A DNA stretch of 64,000 bases from Macrostomum lignano. Its lineage: Eukaryota. Under the pieces are notes generated by a model. That model saw only the letters and a list, made by a program, of their open reading frames with translations. It made no database searches and was not told the DNA's origin. Below, piece by piece: positions 23,274-36,457 of the stretch (position 1 is the first letter of the stretch; each line of letters starts with the position of its first letter). The stretch is from contig NIVC01002974.1 in the NCBI GenBank assembly GCA_002269645.1, forward strand, positions 62,001-126,000. The letters are read 5' to 3'. The translations under genes were made by a program, and so were the position numbers.

Positions 23274-24848
23274 CTACAAGTTTTTTTGCACTTTGCCGTA
23301 GACAAAACTGAAGACCTCCAAGGCCGATTGGTCAGATAGTGTGACCTTGTCTGACAGGAAGGTCAAACCCTGTCTGGGTAGTGACATGTGCCCCTTCTGG
23401 TTGAGATTCTGGGCATAGCGGTTCAATTTTTCCACGTTGCTTCGGACGCTGTCCGTTGCCTCGGCATCCACCACTGAGTCAAGTGTGTAGATATTTGCCT
23501 CTGGAAAGGCCTTGCGACAATGATTCACGATTGTCGTGAGCTGCTTGTCGAGGACACCTTCAAATTGTCTCGACAGGTCATGACCACAAGGGAAGAGAAT
23601 GACCGCTTTGACAGCTGAGCTAGGGTTTTTCAACTGCTCACGCAGCACCCTGATTAGGTTCTCAGCGCGTAGATTCGGAAAAATTTCAAATTGTACATCT
23701 GGGTGCGCTTGCCCGGGCTCAGAGAGACTCTCATCGCCGATTGCGATCGTTGACTTTTCGATAGGGGTCAGTTTCCAGTCTTTCTTAAGTCCCCTATGGA
23801 CGTTAATCTGGCTTGGTTGAGCAAGTGCCGATCGAGGAGGGGTCAGCTCAAGACTGTCCCTATTGTTGTCACTAGTAAGCCTGGGTGGCTCAGCGCAAGC
23901 AAATCTACTCTGTAGAACTGCATCGTTGTCGGTGAGTGTCGCAAAAGACACGGAAGAGTCAGCCTGGCTGGCATCGATGTTGTTGCTATTAGCAGCAGCT
24001 GGGGATGTCTGGTCACAGACCACCCCCGTGTCAAGCCCCTGGTCACAGGCGACTTGACTCTGCTATTGACGACTCGAAGTCAAGATGGCAGGTATCGGAA
24101 TAGCTGATTCGTTTTGATCAGCAGCAATGGAGTTTACAGGTGGAGGTGTCTGGTCACAGACCACCCCCGTGTCCAGCCCCTGGTCACAGGCAGCTGGACC
24201 CTGCATTTGCGTATTGAACCCTTCAGGCGGCTCTTCTGTCGGAAAAATCGGCGGGCAAGCTTGGTTGTCCTCGTCCGTATGGCTTAGCACGCTCGGTTCC
24301 TCGTTAAAGCCTCGCCAGTCGGGAGATTCTTCCATGCCCGTTGAAGGGCTGGAGGGACGATTCCCTGCTGGTTGCTCCCTCCCCTGCTCAGTTGTCACAG
24401 GGCTGGCGGCTTGGTGGGGTTGATTCGAACCCACCACCCCAGACAAGAGGTTTGACACGGGAACCCCCATAGAGTTGGTGGTTTGGTTACTTACAATCAC
24501 AGTATCAAAAGAAGAGATAGTCCTACCTTTGTTAGCATTAAATTCAGGTACCTTCAGCTCGATGGACATTTTTTTCAACCGGTATAGCAGCAGATCAGGG
24601 CTGTAGCTGAATCTTCTGCCGAGGTCCTTCGCCGCCCAGTGAAAACCGACTTGCCAGCCGGTTTCCCAATCAGAAGGGTCAGCGTCCTTCCTGGCTTCCA
24701 GAAGTTCAGCAGCTGGATGATGGATGCTGATCTCATAATGGCTCTGCATTGTGTCTAGCGTGCTGACTTCCCACTGCTCGGCGTTCTCAGCAATCCGCGA
24801 TTTTGTCGATAGATAGATAGATAGTAGATAGCTGAATGTATCTACCAA
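23274..24848 (-). CDS. PLE N-terminal region/ORF1 with an SGNH-hydrolase-like domain (internal TAG at 24063)
   Basis: The 24063-24848 and 23274-24023 ORFs share one frame. IAIGDESL, IFPNL, VILFPCGHD and LSDKVTL resemble SGNH blocks I, II, III and V. Duplicated ACDQGLDTGVVCDQT. Confidence 0.55.
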
Positions 24849-24996
24849 TCAAGCTGAAAGTACGCACACAAGATCACCGGAAACGATTAAGGCAGCTGGA
24901 AAGCCAATGGGCGCAGTAAGCGCTTTTATCCAGAGGAACTACCTGCTGGAACCAGCCATGCCGAACGAAAATCAGACTACTCAAGTAGTGCAAAAG

Positions 24997-25663
<667 letters not shown>

Positions 25664-25798
25664 GAATTATATCGATATGAAAAGTACTTCAAAACATTGA
25701 ATTACAAGGTAAGTGCGCGTGTATCAGAGAAAAAAAGATTTAGTTCTCAAGTCTGTCTTGGCTAAATAAACTTCACTGGTACAAACCACGAAATCAAA

Positions 25799-26278
25799 TT
25801 AAATTAAAAGGTGGCCACCAAAAATTGAACAAGTGGCCACCAGCAGCAGCAACTTACCGTTGGTGTAGCTCAGCCGGAGCACCCGGTTTCGCCACATACC
25901 TCCGCAGTTCTGGCCCCAGTTTCCACTGCAGGTATCGCTGCACTCCCAGTAAGGAGCAGCGCCCTGCGACCCGTAGGAGTTGCCGCAGTGGCACCAGTAC
26001 GCGGCCTGCAGAGCCGCGAACTGGAAGCCGCCCAGAGCGCAGGCGCTGCTGCACACCTCGCGAGTCATCTGACCGCAGTTGATAGAATCGTATATCTGAG
26101 ATACCTCGGAGCTGCCGATCCGTGTGAGGCCGATGTTCTTCATGCCACCGACGTCTCTCACGCCATTCGTGCCGTCAACGAAGCAGCCGAGGTCCGAGAT
26201 CTGGAACTCCCGGCAGAGAGCGGCGCAGATCAGGCAGCTCAGGATCGGAGCAGCGCAGAGGATCCGGCAGAGAGGCAT
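25799..26278 (-). pseudogene. WSC-domain exon only (truncated copy lacking the PAN exon)
   Basis: Near-identical to 28329-28749, GTAAGT donor. Downstream sequence jumps to a region homologous to ~27210-27295. Confidence 0.75.
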
Positions 26279-26489
26279 GGCCAGGCTGGGTTTGTCAGTT
26301 TGGCAGAAGATTGCCGAATCTCTGTGCGAGAGGCTAAATAACAGCAGCCTTATTGATGCGTTGCCATGGAGACTCTCAGCAGGCAGCGGGTTGGTCCGCT
26401 GCAGGTTCTCGTTGCTGATTAAGTCGAACTTTATGATGCGTATTCTATGTTAATATATATATTCTATTCTGACATTTTTGCTATTTTTA

Positions 26490-26764
<275 letters not shown>

Positions 26765-27923
26765 GCATTGCGCAGTGGTGGACTGTTTCTTACATTTGAC
26801 TAAATGAGTTCCCAATCCTGGCTGGAGTAAGTTGGCTCTCGCTACTCTAGCGAACGGCTGCTCTATCGAACGGCTACTCTAGCGAACGGCTGCTCTGGCG
26901 AACGGCTGCTCCATTTCATGACTCACTGTCGAGTACTTCTGTTACCTTCATCGCCACGTTGCATGCGGCACCCCAGCCTCAGCTCTTTTGTCCTCGCTGT
27001 CCTTATCGATTTACAGAATTTTTCTTCTAATAACTGTGTGAAGCTACTGTAGTTAGTAGCGCTTGCAAAGCTTGCAGGAGTAGAATTACCTGGTAGTTTA
27101 GTGATTGATGATTAGCGATTATGTTAAAATATCAACTCTCAGTGTCAGAAAAACAATAGGAGGAAGTCCGCAAATGACTAAAAACTTTCATTGCAATGAA
27201 CTGAGGAATTATATTGATACAAAAAGTACTTCAAATAATAAGTTCGCAATTCTGTCTTGACTAAATAAATTTCACCAGTACGAACCACTAAATTAAATTG
27301 AATCAAAAAGTGCATTGAAAGGTGAGTACTCGTAAGTTTCGGGCTTCAAAAAAGAAATGTAAAATCCTGTGTCCTTTGCAAAAAACTGAAGGTGTGCAGA
27401 ATTCGGCGGCCAGCCGCTTGTATCCGAGTAGCAGGAAAGTTGAGTCTTCAAAAGATTACAAAGCTGCTGTTTGAGAGGGAACCAAAGGCAATAAATAACT
27501 ATAACACGCCAATCAATTTCTCTGGTTTTGAATCCTGACAAAAATATCCGATTGCACGTAAAACTACTCTGTTCTAATCAACAATTAACAGAACAAAAGC
27601 AGAAATCGAATGCCTAACACACAGAAGTGCATTCGCAAAGATTATAAAGGAAAGTACATTAAAACATTTTGGTAAAAGTAAAAAAGGTTTAGCATTTTCG
27701 GATGAGAAGCAAAAATAGGTTCGCGTTCAATTTCGGCCAGTTGATTTCAGACGCAGACGTCTACAGCTGTTAGTACTTTGAGTACTTTTGAGTACTTTAA
27801 AGTCTTTGAGTAGGCTTAGGTATGCTTGCTAGTTGACACTGTTTGTTTTGATTTGCCTCTAAATTTCGGTTCTTACAGCTCGTCTGCTCTGCTCAGCTGC
27901 ACCAGCACCTGCTTCATTCGCAC

Positions 27924-28749
27924 TCAGCCACGGACAAAGAAGTCGCCGCTGCTTTCGCTGCTGAAGGCGGCCGGGACCGCAGCATACTCCAGCAGGTGGC
28001 ACAGGCGCTGCTGCTGGCTGAAGATCACCGCCTGGCAACCGGAACTTTTACTGGAGCACAGAGACACGCACTTGATCCGACTCGGAGCGCTCACAGTCGT
28101 AAAGTTCAGCGCATCAGGGATGTTGAGTTCGACGAAATTCCGGTTGCCGCGAACAAAGAAGTCATTACCTTCGATTTGCAATGAAATAATTTGAAGTTGA
28201 GTTGAGTTGAGCCACTGAAAGGCATCTGATTGTCTGCTTAAAAGTTTGTTTGTCTGGCGCCAAAATCCAATGCAGCAACATACGAAGAACAAAAATTAAA
28301 CAAGTGGCCACCAGCAGCAGCAACTCACCGTTCGTGTAGCTCAGCCGGAGCACCCGGTTTCGCCACATACCTCCGCAGTTCTGGCCCCAGTTTCCACTGC
28401 AGGTATCGCTGCACTCCCAGTAAGGAGCAGCGCCCTGCGACCCGTAGGAGTTGCCGCAGTGGCACCAGTACGCGGCCTGCAGAGCCGCGAACTGGAAGCC
28501 GCCCAGAGCGCAGGCGCTGCTGCACACCTCGCGAGTCATCTGACCGCAGTTGATAGAATCGTATATCTGAGATACCTCGGAGCTGCCGATCCGTGTGAGG
28601 CCGATGTTCTTCATGCCACCGACGTCTCTCACGCCATTCGTGCCGTCAACGAAGCAGCCGAGGTCCGAGATCTGGAACTCCCGGCAGAGAGCGGCGCAGA
28701 TCAGGCAGCTCAGGATCGGAGCAGCGCAGAGGATCCGGCAGAGAGGCAT
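27924..28749 (-). CDS. Secreted WSC-domain + PAN/apple-domain protein (copy A), 2 exons
   Basis: Signal peptide (ILSCLICAALC), WSC (LGCFVD...MTREVCSSAC...FAALQAAYWCHCGN...CSDTCSGN...CGG), donor at 28328, PAN-like exon (CVSLC...CQAVIFSQQQRLCHLL). Acceptor position uncertain. Confidence 0.82.
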
Positions 28750-29775
28750 GGCCAGGCTGGGTTTGTCAGTTTGGCAGAAGATTGCCGAATCTCTGTGCGA
28801 GAGAGAGGCTAAATAACAGCAGCCTTATTGATGCGTTGCCATGGAGACTCTCAGCAGGCAGCGGCTTGCATATCGGTAAACAGAGCTCTGTCAGATGATG
28901 CATTAGTCGGATTGAAATCCATCAGCTCCATACATTAACTCTGTGATTATTCAGAATCAGTGAGCTGTGAGATCATTCGGAGCCTCAAATTGCTTTTTCA
29001 CTGCAACATCAAGCTTGCAGCAGCTGCTCACAGATGCATGAGCTTTAGTCGAGATCTATTATCGGTTGCGCAGGTGTTGTCGAAGCCACAAGGCCCACCG
29101 TCAGTTTGCATCAATAAATGAATTTAATTCTACTGCAGCGCTCAGTTCGTGAGTTAGAGATGATAGAGCAGAGTGGCGATGCATGAATAGGACAGACTGA
29201 AGCTCTGAAGATTTTAAAATTTTTCGGAAGAAATAAATGAGAAAATTTTTTTTTATCAGCTAAAAAGCTTGGGACTCAGTTAGTCAAATGTAAGCAGCAT
29301 TCGCCCACTGCGCAATGGTGTTGCTTAACGGAATGTAGAACAAAGCAATTTTTTTTAATGAAACGTCCCGAAGAGTCAGGTGCATGCAACACTGGGAGTC
29401 GAGGGATGCCCAGTTGCACGAAGGAAACACAGGCTTACTGATCAATTTTGTTCAATAAAATATTCCAAACCCTGCTGTGCCGCATCAAAAGGCCCAGAGG
29501 CATCAAATACGCTTGTTACCGCCTGAGCGGAGAGCGGAGCCCGAGAGTGATCCTGGCGGCTCATCAGGCTGATGACAATTCTTCTCCAGCGTGTGTAACA
29601 TGACTTGAAGTTTTCTGTGATTTTTTAACCGAAATAAATTGAGGACTTTTTACAGGGCTTCCAGCTCTGCATCTTCCGGACCGAGTTTTGCTGCCCATCA
29701 GCAGAGCAGAGCAGGAGCTGCTGCAGCCACCGGGCGTGTCAGGCTCTCACACCACGAGCCTTGCTTCCATTCTGG

Positions 29776-30299
29776 GGGGTCTTTCTCGAAAGCAACTTAC
29801 GATCGACCATAGACGTAAGTTGGGTAAGCTACACTTACGGGTTGCTCGAAGGGCTCGCAAGTTAGCTATGCGTAAGATTGATCGCAACTTTACGAGTTCG
29901 TAACTTTGCGCAAAAGACTGTTTCTCGAAACGTTCGTATGTCTATGGTCTTTCGTAAGGTTGATCTTAACCCTACGACTGCTCGGTATCAGTCGTAAGAC
30001 GCACTTAAGCACTAATCGCATAGTACGTGAAGCTTTAGTCAAGCCAAGTCAAGTTAAACTTTATCGAAGGTGGGTCTTTCTCGAAAGCAACTTACGATAG
30101 ACAAAGTAAAGATATTTACAGATTTATGACCATAGACATGCAACTTTTCGTTTCAGATACGACTTACGAACAGCGTAAGCCACGCAAAGTCTAAGTGAGT
30201 TTTGAGAAAGCGTCTTACGAGCAAACTTACGCTACACGTAAATTTCTTTCTTACGATCTAACTTACCATAGAATTTACGTGAGTTTCGAGAAACACCCC
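29776..30299. mobile_element. ~520-bp TIR element (MITE), present only in copy A
   Basis: TIRs GGGGTCTTTCTCGAAA and TTTCGAGAAACACCCC, with an internal extra left-end copy near 30072. Absent at the paralogous site near 49050. Confidence 0.75.
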
Positions 30300-31559
30300 T
30301 TGTGCGCGGTCATATAAGGTTGAGGCTTGTGCGACAAAAGTTCACAGACGTTCCATTGGGACGCAACTCCGACTTTAATTTTTTGACTGACCGACACAAG
30401 AGACGGAAAATCAGGCCGAGACCATCTTTTTTATGGTCGGTATCGTCGGGTCGATTTTAAACGAAAAAATAGCACGAATCATGCACAAACTTTTCTCTCC
30501 GATTTTCATCGACATTCAACTGTATCAGTAGGACCGACTTCGGCACGAATTCCGGAGAACGAACAACGGAGAATGTGAAAAGCACTGAGGTAGAGGTATT
30601 TAAGATTTTTCAAGTCGCTGTAAGAAAAGCAACTAAAAGAATGGTGCAAAAATTCAAGAGATTTAAGAAATCGCAAGTTTGTCGAAAACATTATTTTGGT
30701 GGGGCATAGACTTGAGCCGCAATGGTCTTGGTGCTGCTGTTATGGGATAGCGGGGGAAACATAACATGCTGTGCTAGTGTTGCAGAGAATTTAATTTTTC
30801 AAATTTAAGGACAGACAGTCCCTCTGGAGGCAATCCCGATTGTTGGCAATGGTGTCATTCCACCATGCACTGTCAGTTGCGCTCTCTGCAAACTTATCTT
30901 TGCTACGATACTACGATACTAGTCACCCTTACGCCATTGGCCTGTCCCCAAATTCTTGAAATGATCCGAAAGTGCACCCTATTCTGATACTCATTCTATA
31001 CTTGGCATTGGTACAAATTGGTACAGATTGGTACAAAAGTCTCAGACAGCCAGCCGACTTTCTAGGGTGAAAATCATGTCCTAAACGGTTCAAAGTCGGA
31101 CCGAAAGTGCATTTCATGAATTTTGGCCCGAAATCGAACTAACAGCCCGCAAAATGTCGGAGTTGCGTCCAACGACGCAACTCGCCCAATTATTGTCGTG
31201 CGATTCGCCGAGTGTACAAGCCTGACGATCAGAAAGTCAGGGCCGCTGTACATCCTGTGTGTGCTTGCGTACAGTATTGGTGTGACCAAGGAGTCCGCGA
31301 AATGGGCAGGATTGACTCAAGAGAGCCTGAGGCATCGATCCAAGTCAACTGCTGGCAAACTGATCTGTAAACAGCGTGTAGAATAAGAGATTATTAAGCA
31401 AAATTAAATCAGCAATTCAGAATTCGCTGCGCTATGGTAAATATGGATGATTGGAATTGCACATTCGAGCTCGAACACTGCGATTCATAAGGCAATCAAT
31501 GGTGACAGACGACAGGCAATCGCTTGTCTTTGCAAAGCTGGCTGTGTTTCTGTTTGTGT

Positions 31560-32605
31560 CTGTCTGTCGCAGTGTCTGCCAGTCCCAGTGTCTGCCAGTC
31601 CCAGTGTCTGCCTGTCCCAGTCTCTGCCTGGCCCTGCCTGTCCCTGCCTGTCCCAGTGTCTGCCAGTCCCAGTGTCTGCCTGTCCCTGCCTGTCTCTGCC
31701 TGTCCCAGTGTCTGTCTGTCCCAGTGTCTGTCTGTCCCAGTGTCTGTCTGTCCCAGTGTCTGTTTGTCCCAGTGTCTGTCTGTCCCAGTGTCTGCCTGTC
31801 CCAGTGTCTGACTGTCCCTGCCTGTCCCAGTGTCTGCCTGTCCCTGCCTGTCCCAGTGTCAGCCTGTCCCAGTGTCTGTCTGTCCCAGTGTCTGTCTGTC
31901 CCAGTGTCTGTCTGTCACAGTGTCTGCCTGTCACAGTGTCTGCCTGTCCCTGCCTGTCCCAGTGTCTGCCTGTCCCAGTGTCTGCCTGTCCCAGTGTCTG
32001 TCTGTCCCAGTGTCTGTCTGTCCCAGTGTCTGTCTGTCCCAGTGTCTGTTTGTCCCAGTGTCTGTCTGTACCAGTGTCTGCCTGTCCCAGTGTCTGCCTG
32101 TCCCAGTGTCTGCCTGTCCCAGTGTCTGTCTGTCCCAGTGTCTGCCTGTCCCTGCCTGTCCCAGTGTCTGCCTGTCCCAGTGTCTGTCTGTCCCAGTGTC
32201 TGTCTGTCCCAGTGTCTGTCTGTCCCAGTGTCTGCCTGTCCCAGTGTCTGTCTGTCCCAGTGTCTGTCTGTCCCAGTGTCTGTCTGTCCCAGTGTCTGTT
32301 TGTCCCAGTGTCTGTCTGTCCCAGTGTCTGCCTGTCCCAGTGTCTGCCTGTCCCAGTATCTGTCTGTCCCAGTGTCTGCCTGTCCCTGCCTGTCCCAGTG
32401 TCTGCCTGTCCCAGTGTCTGTCTGTCCCAGTGTCTGCCTGTCCCAGTGTCTGTCTGTCCCAGTGTCTGTCTGTCACAGTGTCTGCCTGTCACAGTGTCTG
32501 CCTGTCCCTGCCTGTCCCAGTGTCTGCCAGTCCCAGTGTCTGCCTGTCCCAGTCTCTGCCTGGCCCTGCCTGTCCCTGCCTGTCCCAGTGTCTGCCTGTC
32601 TGTCT
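31560..32605. repeat. 16-bp minisatellite (CCCAGTGTCTG[C/T]CTGT)
   Basis: Tandem array; source of spurious Cys/Pro/Ser-rich ORFs. Confidence 0.97.
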
Positions 32606-33166
32606 TTCGGTCTGTCAGTCAGTGAGGCGGTTCATCCATATCTTATGTTTTCACTCTTAAAATCTCTTCTCGTCTCAATGAAGATAAAGGTTAGGAGTTG
32701 TAAATCAGGTGAACAATTAAGGTCATATAACCATTCGAAATCAGCATAAGAATCACACATCATAAAAAATGATTAGAAAATTTCAGCAGAAAATGGTTGA
32801 ACCTAAGAATCAAGCAGAATTCCGCATACCAGTTGGCCTGAAGATTCGCATTTATCATGCCAGTGAATCGTGATGAACTGCATGCAATTTTATTAGTACT
32901 CATAGAGCTAGCAGAAACGCGATGATACCTGCAGTGATTTGCCTAATTCAGCTAAATATTGCAGTTGTCAGAAAGTTTCTGTTTCAATCATCTCGTTCGT
33001 CACTTCTGCTCGTCCCCCAGCCACCGCCTGAAGGCAGCCACCTGCTGGCGAACGGACTCCAGGGCGGTGCCGCCGAAGGCGCCGTACTGCTCAACGCTCG
33101 TCTCAAAGTCCCACAGCTGGGTGACTTCTTCGCCGAATTTCTCGCTGCGGGATGATTGGGGACAGA

Positions 33167-33247
33167 GGTCAGTCAGTCAGTGGTCAGTCAGTCAGTCAGT
33201 CAGTCAGTCAGTCAGTCAGTCAGTCAGTCAGTCAGTCAGTCAGTCAG
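33167..33247. repeat. (GTCA)n in ASL-A last intron
   Basis: Tetranucleotide run. Confidence 0.97.
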
Positions 33248-33639
33248 CTGCTCACCTGACAGTCTGGAAGTCCTCAAAGGTCAGCTGGTGCAGCTGGCAG
33301 ACCTTGGCTTCGGCCAGCGCCACGCAACGCCCGGAGGCGGCGTGGGCCTCTCTGAACGGCACCCCGCGGCGCACCAAATAGTAGGCCAGATCCGTGGCCA
33401 GCATGTCGCAGCTGAGGGCGCCGGCGCAGGCCTCCGGGTGCACCGTCAGGGTGGCCACCACGCCGTCGGCGATTCGAACCACGGCTGACACGGTGTCAGC
33501 TGAGTCGAACAAGCCCTCCTTGTCCTCCTGCAGGTCCTTGTTGAAGGCGCTGGGCAGGGACTTCTGCACCATGAGCAGGGACACCAGGTGGCCGCACAGC
33601 CGTCCGGTTTTGCCGCGGATGAGCTCCAGACTGTCCGCG

Positions 33640-33671
<32 letters not shown>

Positions 33672-33879
33672 GCTGTACGCGTCCGACAGCGTGACGAAGC
33701 CGAACTCCTTGCTGCAGAAGAGGATCAGGTCCTCGGCGAGGCGGCTCAGGTGGTTGCCAATCATGGCGGCCGCGAACTGGAACTCCGAGGCGAAGTCGCG
33801 GTCCGCCACGGCGTCCAGACTGTTCCAGGTGACCCCAGAGGTGAAGCCGAGGGCGTCTGGGATTTTTGATGGGGCTGGT

Positions 33880-35235
33880 TAATACCTGTTAACGATTCTA
33901 AGAATACCTGTAGACCATTCTAAGAATACCTGTTGACAATTCTGAGAATACCTGTTCACGATTCTAAGAATACCTGTAGACCATTCTAAGAATACCTGTT
34001 GACAATTCTGAGAATACCTGTTCACGATTCTAGGAATACCTGTAGACCATTCTAAGAATACCTGTTGACAATTCTGAGAATACCTGTTCACGATTCTAAA
34101 AATACCTGCTCACGATTCTAAGAATACCTGTAGACCATTCTAAGAATACCTGTTAACGATTCTAAGAATACTTGTAGACCATTCTAAGAATACCTGTTAA
34201 CGATTCTAAGAATACCTGTAGACCATTCTAAGAATACCTGTTAACGATTCTGAGAATACCTGTTCGCGATTCTAAGAAGACCTGTTCACGATTCTAAGAA
34301 TACCTGTTAACGATTCTAAGAATACCTGTTAACGATTCTAAGAATACCTGTTTACGATTCTAAGAATACCAAACCCTAATTCCGCACACCCCAATTCCTA
34401 ACACCCAATACCCCACACCCCAATACCCCACACCCTAATTCTCCACACCCAAATACCCCACACCCAAATACCCCAACACCCCAATTCCCAACATCCAATA
34501 CTCCACAACCCTATTCCTCACACCCAAATACCTCACACCCCAATTCCCAACATCCAATACTCCACACCCCTATTCCTCACACCCTTATTCCCCACACTCC
34601 AATTTCCCCACACCCAATACCCCACACCCAAATTCCCCACACCCCATTTCTCCACACCCCAATACCCCACACCCCAACTCCCCACACCCCAATTCTCCAC
34701 ACCCCAATTCTCCACACTCCAATACCCCACACCCCAATACCCCACACCCGAATTCCCAACACCCAATTCCCTACACCCCGATTCCTAACACCCAAATACG
34801 CCACACTCCAATACCCCACACCCAAATTCCCCACACCCCATTTCTACACACCCCAACTCCCCACACCCAAAGTCCCCAATACCCCACACCCCAACTCCCC
34901 ACACCAAATTCCCCACACCCCAATTCTCCACACCCCAATTCTCCACACCCCAACTCCCCACACCAAATTCCCCACAACCCAATTCTCCACACCCCAATTC
35001 TCCACACCCCAATACCCCACACCCCAATACCCCACACCCGAATTCCCAACACCCAATTCCCAACACTCAATTCCCAACACCCAATTCCCCACACTCCGAT
35101 TCCCCACACCCAATTCCCAACACCCAATTCCCAACACCCAATTCCCCACACCCCGATTCCCCACGCCCAATTCCCCACACCCCGATTCCCCACACCCAAT
35201 TCTCCACATCCCGATTCCCCACACCCAATACCCCA
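33880..35235. repeat. Intronic satellites: 22-bp (AAGAATACCTGTTAACGATTCT), then ~15-bp C-rich (CCCCACACCCCAATT)
   Basis: Two adjacent arrays fill the ASL-A intron. Confidence 0.93.
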
Positions 35236-35486
35236 TCCCTCGCCCTACCGGCCAACGCCTGCCTGTCCACCTCGAAGACGTTGCCGGCCAGGGCGCCGCT
35301 GCCCAGCGGGCACACGGCGGTGCGGGCCCGGCAGTCGGCCAGTCTCTGGCAGTCCCTGCGCGGCATGGAGGCGTAGCTGAGCAGCCAATGGGACCAGCGC
35401 ACCGGCTGGGCCCGCTGCAGGTGGGTGTAGCCCGGCATGAGCACGCCGGTCTCCGACTCCGCCCGGCTCACCAGGGTGTTGATGAG

Positions 35487-36457
35487 ATAATGAGGGGTCA
35501 GTCCCCCCTAAGCTACCTGGATAATGAAGGGTCAGTCCCCCCTAAGCTACCTGGATAATGAGGGGTCAGTCCACCCTAAGCTACCTGGATAATGAGGGGT
35601 CAGTCCCCCCTAAGCTACCTGGATAATGAGGGGTCAGTCCCCAAGCTATCTAGATAATGAGGGGTCAGTCCCCAAGCTACCTGGATAATGAGGGGTCAGT
35701 CCCCCCTAAGCTACCTGGATAATGAGGGGTTAGGCCCCCCTAAGCTACCTGGATAATGAGGGGTTAGGCCCCCCTAAGCTACCTGGATAATGAGGGGTCA
35801 GTCCCCCCTAAGCTACCTGGATAATGAGGGGTCAGTCCCCCCTAAGCTACCTGGATAATGAGGGGTCAGTCCCCCCTAAGCTACATGGATAATGAGGGGT
35901 CAGTCCCCAAAGCTATCTAGATAATGAGGGGTCAGTCCCCCCTAAGCTATATGGATAATGAGGGGTCAGTCCCCCCTAAGCTACCTGGATAATGAGGGGT
36001 CAGTCCCCCCTAAGCTACCTGGATAATTAGGGGTCAGTCCCCCTAAGCTACCTGGATAATGAGGGGTCAGTCCCCCCTAAGCTACCTGGATAATGAGGGG
36101 TCAGTCCCCCCTAAGCTACCTGGATAATGAGGGGTCAGTCCCCCCTAAGCTACCTGGATAATGAGGGGTCAGTCCCCCCTAAGCTACATGGATAATGAGG
36201 GGTCAGTCCCCCCTAAGCTACCTGGATAATGAGGGGTCAGTCCCCCCTAAGCTACTTGGATAATGAGGGGTCAGTCCCCTAAGCTACATGGATAATGAGG
36301 GGTCAGTCCCCCCTAAGCTACCTGGATAATGAAGGGTCAGTCCCCCCTAAGCTACCTGGATAATGAGGGGTCAGTCCCCCCTACGCTACCTGGATAATGA
36401 GGGGTCAGTCCCCCCTAAGCTACCTGGATAATGAGGGGTCAGTCCCCAAGCTACCTG
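35487..36457. repeat. 34-bp minisatellite (GGATAATGAGGGGTCAGTCCCCCCTAAGCTACCT)
   Basis: About 28 copies, directly abutting the truncated ASL exon. Confidence 0.96.

Larger units (their letters stand above)
22000..24990 (-). mobile_element. Penelope-like retroelement, 3'-truncated (no GIY-YIG seen)
   Basis: PLE-type RT preceded by a long in-frame N-terminal region. It abuts pPolB on the left and (GATA)n on the right. Confidence 0.85.

Noticed and set aside
30941-31167. Copy-A-only ~225-bp insert as a defined transposon
   Set aside because: No clean TIR or TSD could be read.
31447-32749. Cys-rich 300-430 aa ORFs (also 50027-51368, 57399-58562, 60173-61315, WGIGV-type ORFs at 34.5-35.2 and 52.9-53.4 kb, 10704-11073)
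   Set aside because: Stop-free minisatellite units open in several frames and on both strands.
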